A DNA stretch of 64,000 nucleotides from Myxococcota bacterium (GTDB taxonomy: Bacteria > Myxococcota_A > UBA796 > CAJQPC01), in the NCBI GenBank assembly GCA_036012755.1, contig DASCPX010000071.1, forward strand, positions 1-64,000, given 5' to 3'. This document shows, one piece after another, positions 56,420-64,000 of the stretch. Each line of letters begins with the position of its first letter. Position 1 is the first letter of the stretch. The translations under genes were made by a program, and so were the position numbers. Under the pieces are notes generated by a model that worked only from the letters and a program-made list of their open reading frames with translations, ran no database searches and was not told the origin of the DNA.

Positions 56420-58815
56420 TGCTCCTCCGTCCAGTGGCGCACGTCGTCCGCCCGTTTCTGGTGCCAGGTCGCGTCCATGCGGACGTAGACGGGCTCTCCC
56501 CCGACACCTGTGGCGTGGATCGCGAGCTGATGACGGCCTCGGGCGAGGTCATCGCCCATCGAAAAGCGCATGCCCTGCCAGGCCACGAGGGTGCCACCGT
56601 TGACCAGCTGAGCGCGCTGTGGGTGCTCCTCGAGCGGGGTGAAGCGCTTGCTGTCCGCTGTCCGAGAGGTCGTCGCGGTCGCTCGCCGCTGGGGCGCGCC
56701 GTCGTCGATCGTGATCGTGAGCTCCGGCGCCTGCCCGCTGGCGGTGTATGCACGGACATAGATGAGCTCGCTGGGCTCGTCGATCCAGGCGGTGACGCGC
56801 AGCGTCCTGTCGTCGGCGCGCCAGAGCGTCCGTCGACCCCAGCGCCGGCCATCGCCCTCCGCTTTGGCCAGGTAGAGGCCCGGCGGCGCCTCCAGCTCGC
56901 AGCTCGCCTCCCCTTCTGGCACGGCCCACTCCAGGGTCCCCGTCGTGACATCGAGCACGTGGGGCTCGTAGCGCTCGTCGCCGCAGCTGACCCCAACCTC
57001 GCGACCGACGTCGTCGTCGGCGACGCGGTAGTCGACGACCAGCCCCTCCTCCCCGATCTGGAGCACCCGGAGCCCATCCATGAGCGTGCGCTGCCACGAC
57101 TCCCAGGGCTTCGGCTTTCGCAGCGGCTCGACGACCGGGTGCTGCTCGTCGGTGTTCCAGGGAAAGACGACGAAGGTGTGGCGCGCCGAGACGTCGTCGT
57201 CCTCGCTCCTGCGCTCGATGCGAACGGTGGCGTCGAAGCGCTGCAGCCGCTCCTCGATGACCAGTTGGTCGTGGTTCCTCGGGGCGACCGCGACATAGGG
57301 CGCCAGCTCCCAGGGGGCGTAGCGGCCGATGAAGCCCGACGGCAGGCCGTACTCGGGGGCACGCAGGGGTTGCACGTCGAGAGGGTAGAGGAAGCGCAGA
57401 TCGACCAACCGATCCGCGCTGAAGCGCAGCGTGACGGCCTCGCGCCGGTGGTAGAGGTAGCGGGTCGTCTTCTCGCTGACGGGCTCGTAGATCTGCTCGT
57501 CCGTGTCGACCTCGACGTAGCGCTCGAAGGGAGCGTGATCGAAGGCTGCGGCCCACTCCCCCTCGTCGAGGACCTCGCCGTCGGCGTCGAGGGCCTGCCA
57601 CCCGATGGTCGTGGGCATCTGACCCGGATCCGCCGCGGGAGCGGCCTTCCAGACGTCGTCGGCCAAGGGACGCGCCTCCACCCTCAACAGCCCCCACTCT
57701 CGCGCGGCGACGACCGGCACGTCCACAGGCCCGAGCTCGGGGCCGGCGCGGTAGGCGGTGATTCGGCGCCGCTCGGGCTCCTGGGCCTCGCCACCCCCGG
57801 CGCCAGGGGGCTCACCCCAGCTCTGGCCCTGCTCGGGCCTCGAGACGAAGGAGAGCGTCACGGCGTCGGAGGCCCAGCCGTTGAACCAGCGCAAGCTCCA
57901 GACCGCGCCCGCGGGGACCTCTATGCTGGAGGGGGTCACGAGCCCCCCTTGGACCGGCTCCGGCGAGGCGTCGACGAGCTCGATGAGCAGCGTGCTGGGT
58001 CTGGGCTTCTGCTGGTGATCGTCTCCGGCGGCGAGGACGTCCAGCACAGCGGGACCGCGGATGTTGACGGCGGTGGCCTCGCCTGGCTCGAGGCGGTAGC
58101 CCCAGTCCATCGAGCTCGGCGCCAGGGAGGGGATGGCGTAGCGAAGCACCGCCACCGTGTCGCCCGTCAGGTCCGCAGCCGGCAGCGTCGTGCGCTTGAG
58201 GCCCGTGTGGTAGCGGAGCTCGGCGTCAGAGAGCCTGGGCCACGGCAGCGGGTAGAGCCTGCCGATGCGCTCACGGGCGGTGCGCGACAGGGCCGCGACG
58301 ACAGCGACGCCCGGGTCCTGCTCGACGCGGAAGACACGCACCAGGATCCGCTCGCCAGGCCGCAGGCTCTTGGGACGCACCACCAGAGCCCCTCCCTCTG
58401 ACATGTGCTCCCCCGGGACCAGGTCGATGATGCGACTGTCGGTGATGACCCGCCCCTCGTCTGGAGACCGGGTCGCCGGCTCCTCGTCCTCGAGCAGGGT
58501 CAGGCGCGAGCGCGTCCAGTGCTCCCTGAAGACCGTCCGCTCCTCGGCGACGAATTCGAGGCCGACACAGTAGAGCCAGGTCTCGGCCTCGTCGAGGGTG
58601 TCGGGTCGATCTGTCTCCAGGTATGTCAGGAGCCGAAGGCCCTCCTCGGAGCGTCCGACCCGGAAGCTGGCCTCGTCGCCGTCGGAGAGGGCGAAGAGGA
58701 CGACCCGTTCCACTCCCTTGGGGGTGAAGCCGCTGCGGGCCTCGGCCCAGGGCCTCAGGCCCAGGAGGATCCCGATCACGACCAACCACCCGAAGATGAT
58801 GAGGCGCCACCTCAC
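56416..58815 (-). CDS. Membrane-anchored or periplasmic beta-rich hypothetical protein (799 aa)
   Basis: Start reassigned to GTG 58815 (GTGA overlap with the capC stop); N-terminal hydrophobic segment WRLIIFGWLVVIGILLGL. Confidence 0.75.
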   Translation of the reverse strand: MRWRLIIFGWLVVIGILLGLRPWAEARSGFTPKGVERVVLFALSDGDEASFRVGRSEEGLRLLTYLETDRPDTLDEAETWLYCVGLEFVAEERTVFREHWTRSRLTLLEDEEPATRSPDEGRVITDSRIIDLVPGEHMSEGGALVVRPKSLRPGERILVRVFRVEQDPGVAVVAALSRTARERIGRLYPLPWPRLSDAELRYHTGLKRTTLPAADLTGDTVAVLRYAIPSLAPSSMDWGYRLEPGEATAVNIRGPAVLDVLAAGDDHQQKPRPSTLLIELVDASPEPVQGGLVTPSSIEVPAGAVWSLRWFNGWASDAVTLSFVSRPEQGQSWGEPPGAGGGEAQEPERRRITAYRAGPELGPVDVPVVAAREWGLLRVEARPLADDVWKAAPAADPGQMPTTIGWQALDADGEVLDEGEWAAAFDHAPFERYVEVDTDEQIYEPVSEKTTRYLYHRREAVTLRFSADRLVDLRFLYPLDVQPLRAPEYGLPSGFIGRYAPWELAPYVAVAPRNHDQLVIEERLQRFDATVRIERRSEDDDVSARHTFVVFPWNTDEQHPVVEPLRKPKPWESWQRTLMDGLRVLQIGEEGLVVDYRVADDDVGREVGVSCGDERYEPHVLDVTTGTLEWAVPEGEASCELEAPPGLYLAKAEGDGRRWGRRTLWRADDRTLRVTAWIDEPSELIYVRAYTASGQAPELTITIDDGAPQRRATATTSRTADSKRFTPLEEHPQRAQLVNGGTLVAWQGMRFSMGDDLARGRHQLAIHATGVGGEPVYVRMDATWHQKRADDVRHWTEEQ

Positions 58816-61616
58816 GGGGCCCTCCATGCCGGAAGCGCTGGGCCGGGGAGCCAGCGCGGGTCGATGTACTGGGCCCGCCGCGGCAAGCCGACCGGAGCGA
58901 TCAGGCGTCGCTGTTCTGACTCGGCGACCAGGAAGACCAGGCGCAGGTCGTGATCCTCGAAGGCCCAGACCTCCATGTCGAGCGCCCTCGCCTCGCTTCG
59001 GAAGAGCTCGAGCGCGGCGGGGTGACGGGTCTCGTCGAAGAGGTGGAGCGCCTCCAACAGCGCGTCTTCGCCCGGCTCCAGGATCTCGCCGCTGACGAGC
59101 TCCTCCAGGCTGGCCTCCCGCACGGGGATGCGTGCGTTGTCCAACAACGCGCTGAGGATGCTGTCCTCGTCCAGCCCCGAGTAGAGCAGCCGATAGGGCG
59201 GGGCGAGGTAGGCCGTGACGTACTCGCCACCCGCGGCCCGGACGGTGTCCCGCCTGGGGTTGCTCGGGTCGTAGAACCGGATGCGCCGCGCGTCCCCGTC
59301 GTACCAGGCCGTGCTGCCGCCGGCGTAGCGGGCCAGGCCTGCCGCGGTCCACATGGCGTCCGGGACATCGTCGACGACGTCGATGGGGCGCCCGAGCGAC
59401 AGGACCGCGTCAGCGCCGGGGATCTCGTCCTCTCTGGATGCCTCGATCGCGATGACGGTGAGCTCGTCGATCCCGAGCGCCAGGTCACGCAGCACAGCGA
59501 GCTCCGGTGCCGCAGGGCCGGCGTTCCGCAGGGCCTCTGCGTCGAGGTCCGCGCGGGCGTCGTGGACGAGCAGCGCGGAGGCGTCGAGCTGCTCGTACCA
59601 AGCCTCGCCGACGTTCACGGCGAGGTGGTGGCGCCCGGCCGCCCGGACCTCGATGGCGTAGGGAGCGCCCTCCGTGCGCAGCCAGAGCGTGAAGCGCGGC
59701 GGCTCGCGCTCGGGGGCCGGAGCGAGCTGGATGGTGTCCTCGTCGTAGGCCAGCACCAGCCCCATCGCGGCGGCGTGGTCCGCAGCGACCCGCAGCCACC
59801 GGGGATCCCCCGTCCGGGCCTTCAGGATCGGCTGGAGGACGCCTCGGTCCAACAGCGCGATGTTCGTGACGGGCTCGGCGCCTCGGGGGTCGTTCTCGCT
59901 GGTGCGCGGGTAGCCGTCGCTGTCCCAGAGCTCCTGGGGGGCCCGAGTGGTCGGCAGATCGAAGCTCCGCAGCGCCAGCTCCAGCACCGCCAGCTCGCCG
60001 AGGACCAGGCGAGCGTCGCCGCGCCCTGCGTACTCGAAGCTGGTGGGGAGATCGGCGAGCAGCTCGACCAGAGGTCCGAGATCGACCTCGTCCGGGAGCT
60101 CGCCGTCAGTGTCCAGCCGGGTGCTCTCTCCAGCTTCGATGAGGAGCACGCGTCGGGAGGGATCGTGGCTGCGGCGCCGCAGCTCCTGCGACGGAGACAA
60201 CAGCAGCAGGTCCGCGTCGAGGACCTCTGCGAGGGTGACCGCCGCCTCCGCCAGCCCGGGCTCGACGTGGGCGAAGGGGACCTGGATCTCCAGCTCGCCC
60301 GCGCCGTCGCGCAGCCAGGCGGTGCCTACCAGTCCGAGGTCCCCGGAGTGAATGACCGCGCCCTCGTCGGAGAGGTCGACCTTGGCCCGCCTCCCCTGCC
60401 AGGCGATCCCGGCCTCCGCGGCGACCAGCGCCGTCCGGATCTCGCCCGTGAGCGGCTGGTCGACCCGGTCGTCGGGCGGCGTGAGCATGTGGACGACTCG
60501 CCTGCTCGAGGCGATCTGGCTGACGCGCTCGGTGTCCACGCTCGCCGCTTGCATGACACCAGAGCGCAGCTCGACGAGGCCCTGCCCCAGCGCGAGCCCG
60601 GACAGGGCGGTGACGAAGGAGATGCCGAGCGCCGGCATGAGCACGCGGGCCAGGCTGCCGTGGCGCCAGCAGCGGGTCGCGACGATGGCGGGCAGGAGGT
60701 AGCCGAAGCCGAAGATCTCGCCGATGCGGAATCCCGGCCAGAGGCCCTGCGACACCCACGCCAGGACGTACTTGAGCAGCCAGCTGACCACGAAGGCGAG
60801 CACGATGGGTCGCAGGCCCGACAGGTTCGCCGTGCGCAGGGGCCAGCGAGTCACCAGGGCGCGCATCGCCAGCACGATGAGGATGACCTCGGCGACGGTC
60901 GCGAAGAGCTTGACCGGGTCCAGCCAGCTGATGGCCAGCAGCCCGCAGACGATGATGCCCCCGAAGTCCCAGCCATAGCGGGCGGTCGTGTGGGAGGCGA
61001 TGAAGGCGCCGATCAGGACGAGCACGTACTCCCGCGGGGCGTCGACGAATGCCCAGGACAGGTCCTCGTAGGTCAGCTCGAACTCGGAGAGGTTGAAGTT
61101 CGTGAGCGGGATGACGACGAAGACCAACAGCGCGTATACGGCGAGGACAGGCAGCAGCACCAGGGGCGCGCCCTTCAGCAGCCCCGGCTTCCAGAGGGTG
61201 TTCGCCGTCAGCGGCACCAGCACCAGCCCGAGGCTGTGCCAGGCCTCGGACAGCTCGAGATCCGCGCCGAGCAGCACCTCGCGCACGAGGTCTCCCTCGG
61301 CGAGCATGCGCACGAAGATCGAGACGAGGATGATGAGGAAGAACCGGTCGCGCCCGAAGACCCGGTCGAAGCCGGGTGCCCGAGCCATCACCCGCCCGAG
61401 GAAGTGGGCGACCAGGTAGGTGAGCACCGCCTCGCCCGCGACGACGATGGCCGCCTCCGGACGCACGGCCAACACGGCGCCGAGGTAGCCGGGCACCACG
61501 AGGCCCGTCGCGGGCCAGCCGAAGCGCTCCGCGAGCCACCAGAGCACCAGCACACCGATCAGCACTGACGTCAGCAGGCTGTTGTCGATGTAGGCGCCCG
61601 GCAGCACGTGCAGCAT
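58812..61616 (-). CDS. capC: CapC/PgsC-family membrane protein with duplicated CapC domain and ~570-aa soluble C-terminal extension
   Basis: CapC signature GLVVPGYL..FGRDRF..GLVLVPLTAN, and a second copy GGIIVCGLLA..GLRP..GYLLPAIVA. Confidence 0.85.
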   Translation of the reverse strand: MLHVLPGAYIDNSLLTSVLIGVLVLWWLAERFGWPATGLVVPGYLGAVLAVRPEAAIVVAGEAVLTYLVAHFLGRVMARAPGFDRVFGRDRFFLIILVSIFVRMLAEGDLVREVLLGADLELSEAWHSLGLVLVPLTANTLWKPGLLKGAPLVLLPVLAVYALLVFVVIPLTNFNLSEFELTYEDLSWAFVDAPREYVLVLIGAFIASHTTARYGWDFGGIIVCGLLAISWLDPVKLFATVAEVILIVLAMRALVTRWPLRTANLSGLRPIVLAFVVSWLLKYVLAWVSQGLWPGFRIGEIFGFGYLLPAIVATRCWRHGSLARVLMPALGISFVTALSGLALGQGLVELRSGVMQAASVDTERVSQIASSRRVVHMLTPPDDRVDQPLTGEIRTALVAAEAGIAWQGRRAKVDLSDEGAVIHSGDLGLVGTAWLRDGAGELEIQVPFAHVEPGLAEAAVTLAEVLDADLLLLSPSQELRRRSHDPSRRVLLIEAGESTRLDTDGELPDEVDLGPLVELLADLPTSFEYAGRGDARLVLGELAVLELALRSFDLPTTRAPQELWDSDGYPRTSENDPRGAEPVTNIALLDRGVLQPILKARTGDPRWLRVAADHAAAMGLVLAYDEDTIQLAPAPEREPPRFTLWLRTEGAPYAIEVRAAGRHHLAVNVGEAWYEQLDASALLVHDARADLDAEALRNAGPAAPELAVLRDLALGIDELTVIAIEASREDEIPGADAVLSLGRPIDVVDDVPDAMWTAAGLARYAGGSTAWYDGDARRIRFYDPSNPRRDTVRAAGGEYVTAYLAPPYRLLYSGLDEDSILSALLDNARIPVREASLEELVSGEILEPGEDALLEALHLFDETRHPAALELFRSEARALDMEVWAFEDHDLRLVFLVAESEQRRLIAPVGLPRRAQYIDPRWLPGPALPAWRAP

Positions 61617-61646
61617 CAAATCAGCCCAACCGAAGCATCCAGGCTA

Positions 61647-61688
61647 CGCGAAATGGGGCCCCAGGGGATATTCCAAGGTCCTTTCGCG
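61647..61688. promoter_or_regulatory. Imperfect inverted repeat just upstream of a minus-strand TAGCCT -10-like box for the cap operon
   Basis: CGCGAAA (61647-61653) pairs with TTTCGCG (61682-61688), with further internal pairing. Confidence 0.3.
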
Positions 61689-61704
61689 ACCCCCATGGAC
61701 CGGC

Positions 61705-63492
61705 TCAGGCGCTGCGATCCACCCCGCGTCCGCCGTCCCGGACCAGCTGGGGCCCGAGCATGCCGGCGCGCTTTCCGGCGCCGGGAGCCTCGACCAGTTC
61801 GACGACGAAGCCTGCCAGGCGCCCGCGGTCGTGGCTGGCGGTGAGCAGCAGCAGCCCGCCGTTGGCATGCGGGAGCCGCAGGGTGCCCTCGCCGTTCATC
61901 ACCCCGAGCACTTCGCCGCGCGTGCCACCGGCACCCTGCCAGATCCTGGACAGCTGCGGCCTCGCGGGGCGCCCCTCGGGGAAGAGGGTCTCCTCGAGGC
62001 TCTGGTCGATGTTCACCAGCCGGCCGAGGGGATCGAACAGGGCCCTGGCGTGGGCGCCGGCGCGGGCGGTGGCCTTGATCCGGCTGGCGTCGGACAGCAG
62101 CGCGTCGAAGGCCGCGTTCACGATGGCCACGCCCACCTGGATGTAGCTCTCGATGCTCTTCAGCTCCGGCACGCGGACACGCTTCTTCCGCGCCTGGTGG
62201 GCCGCGACGGCGTACAGCGGTCTCAGGTCCGGGCTCTCCCCGCGCTTGTCGATGAGCAGCACACCTTCTCGCCCACAGCGTGACTTCAGCTCGATGACCA
62301 GCGGATCGGCGAAGGGGGTGGGCACGTCCTCTCCGACCTCGATCAGCCCGGTGCCGTCAGCGCCCGAGACGGTCAGGAAGCCACCGTCCACGCACTCGAC
62401 CGCCCACACGCGATCGGCGATCCTGAGGTCGATCGCCGCCGTGCACAGGTCCTGCCAGTCCCTCTCGAGATCCACGGTGTGGGGCTCGACATGGAGCTGC
62501 CAGATGGCCCGGTCGACGAGGGCCTCGAAGCCCTGCGTGTGGCTGACCCACCGGGCGCACTGAGCCGCCAGGAGCCCGCCGGCGAGCGCGAGCACGGGCA
62601 CCTCGAGCGGAATCAGCACACCGATCGCCAGCGGCAGCGCGACCACGACACAAATGGCCGGCGCTAGCACCAGCCAGCGAGGACGACGCGTCGTCAGGAG
62701 CAACAGGGCTCCACCCAGACAACCCAGCCACGCCCCGACCAGGGCTGCGCCCAGGCGCGGCACCGGAACGAGGTCCCCGCCAGCTGCGGTGCGGGTGAGC
62801 ACCTCGGCCAGCGGTCTCGGGCCGGAGGCGGTCTCGACGAGCGGCACCGCCCAGGGTGTCAACTCGCCGAGGACCACCGTCCTGCCCTTCATCGCTGCGG
62901 GATCCAGGTAGGCGAGGTTCCGGAGCCCGACAGTGGGAACCGGGGTGTCCTCTGAGGCCACGATGTGCACTCCGAGTCCGACCTCGTCTCGACTCAGGGC
63001 CAGCCGACCGGGGAAGCTGGGATCACCAGCCTTCCCCATGGTCCAGCGTCGCGTGACGCCATCCCAGTCAGCCTCCAGGCCCACGTCTGCGGCGTGCCCC
63101 CGGTCGAGGCGGACAGCGTCCACCGCAACCGGGGGATTCACCGCGGCGACCTCCGCTGCACCCGCGCGACGCGCGAGCGAGACGGCCTTCGCCCAGTCCT
63201 CCACGCCCTCGGCCTCGTCCATCGCGACGAGAAGCACCTCCTCGGTCTGCAGGGGTTCGAGCCAACCGGCCTCGAGCAGCGAATCGGTCACAGGTTGAGG
63301 CCCCTGTGCGGCGATCCAGCCGATGAGTGCCGCCATCAACGCGGCGAGAGCGACGATTGGCACGAACCCTGGTTGCAGCTGTCGAGCGGCGCGAGCCAGA
63401 GCGGAGGCCTCCGCCCGTGATGCAAACGCACCACGGAACGCGCGCACGACGGACGTAGAGCGCGGTTCAGTCAACAAAGCCTCAGAGCGCAA
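61705..63492 (-). CDS. Membrane sensor-like protein with degenerate CHASE2-like domain, no recognisable output domain
   Basis: TM, then VLLVAMDE..DWDGVTRR..KGRTVVLG, then 3 TMs, then a GAF/PAS-like tail (ALFDPLGRLVNID). Start uncertain. Confidence 0.6.
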   Translation of the reverse strand: MRSEALLTEPRSTSVVRAFRGAFASRAEASALARAARQLQPGFVPIVALAALMAALIGWIAAQGPQPVTDSLLEAGWLEPLQTEEVLLVAMDEAEGVEDWAKAVSLARRAGAAEVAAVNPPVAVDAVRLDRGHAADVGLEADWDGVTRRWTMGKAGDPSFPGRLALSRDEVGLGVHIVASEDTPVPTVGLRNLAYLDPAAMKGRTVVLGELTPWAVPLVETASGPRPLAEVLTRTAAGGDLVPVPRLGAALVGAWLGCLGGALLLLTTRRPRWLVLAPAICVVVALPLAIGVLIPLEVPVLALAGGLLAAQCARWVSHTQGFEALVDRAIWQLHVEPHTVDLERDWQDLCTAAIDLRIADRVWAVECVDGGFLTVSGADGTGLIEVGEDVPTPFADPLVIELKSRCGREGVLLIDKRGESPDLRPLYAVAAHQARKKRVRVPELKSIESYIQVGVAIVNAAFDALLSDASRIKATARAGAHARALFDPLGRLVNIDQSLEETLFPEGRPARPQLSRIWQGAGGTRGEVLGVMNGEGTLRLPHANGGLLLLTASHDRGRLAGFVVELVEAPGAGKRAGMLGPQLVRDGGRGVDRSA

Positions 63493-63558
63493 GCTACCGC
63501 TCGGCCCCCCGTAGCGGCTTACGGGATTCTTACCGGTCGGCGCTACACTCCGTCCCGA

Positions 63559-64000
63559 ATGTTGCTGATGTCGACGATCGCCTGGGCCGGCGAGGCCCAG
63601 GACCTACGCTACGAGGTGCGCATCGACGAGGTCGTCGTCGGTCACCGTGACCTCCGCATCAGCTACGTCGAGGCCGAGGACGGAGAGCGCCGGCTGCTGG
63701 AATCTCGGACGACCTGCACGATCGGAGGGATCGAGTTCGACCAGCACGCGACCGGCCTTGGAGCCGCTGGGGTGCAGGGCTTCTCCTCCTCGATGAAGGA
63801 CCAGGACGGGGCCTGGAACATCCAGGCCGTGCGGGCTCCCGAAGGGCTGGTCGTCCACACGGTGAACGCCGGGGGCCGGTCTGAGAAGACCCTTCGCCAC
63901 GGCGAGGTCGACGCGTCGACGCTTGGCCTCATGGACCCCGCCATCGACCTTCGCGAGGGCCGCCTGCGAGTACTCTCCGCCGAAACGGGCGACGTGATCG
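63559..64000 (+). CDS. Secreted hypothetical protein, partial (runs off the right edge)
   Basis: Manual translation MLLMSTIAWAGEAQDLRYEVRIDEVVVGHRDLRISYVE..., open to the window end; preceded by TACACT. Confidence 0.7.
   Translation, partial: MLLMSTIAWAGEAQDLRYEVRIDEVVVGHRDLRISYVEAEDGERRLLESRTTCTIGGIEFDQHATGLGAAGVQGFSSSMKDQDGAWNIQAVRAPEGLVVHTVNAGGRSEKTLRHGEVDASTLGLMDPAIDLREGRLRVLSAETGDVI

Overview
High-GC bacterial chromosomal segment, probably Myxococcota-like. This is inferred from the Asp/Cys-rich repeat lipoproteins, the Ser/Thr kinase-ATPase-TPR protein and the FG-GAP protein. There are about 33 densely packed genes, and I found no rRNA, tRNA, CRISPR array or intact mobile element. Main blocks: (1) a two-permease RND efflux operon (1.7-10.8 kb); (2) mixed enzymes and lipoproteins (10.8-30 kb), including a pentaheme cytochrome c and an EF-hand patatin coupled to a permuted NlpC/P60 amidase; (3) a tandem ammonia-lyase pair in which one copy has a Ser-Ser-Gly MIO triad and the other has lost the MIO Ser and catalytic Tyr residues, with complementary motif loss suggesting a heteromeric enzyme (30.2-33.2 kb); (4) a 3244-aa type I PKS/FAS (ER-like, KS, AT, ACP, KS, 3xACP, KR, DH, PPTase) in which all four ACPs carry Thr instead of Ser at the phosphopantetheine site, followed by a GNAT (35.4-45.7 kb); (5) a translationally coupled five-gene poly-gamma-glutamate-like operon with a duplicated CapC, a giant HEAT-repeat CapB, a hydrolase-like gene and two large envelope proteins, one with a putative outer-membrane beta-barrel, and no capA/capD/capE (47.6-61.6 kb). 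Across the window, several genes have TAnnnT boxes 6-7 nt before the start codon (leaderless signature) and ultra-short, uncharged signal peptides. All calls come from motif recognition by eye; no database searches were run.
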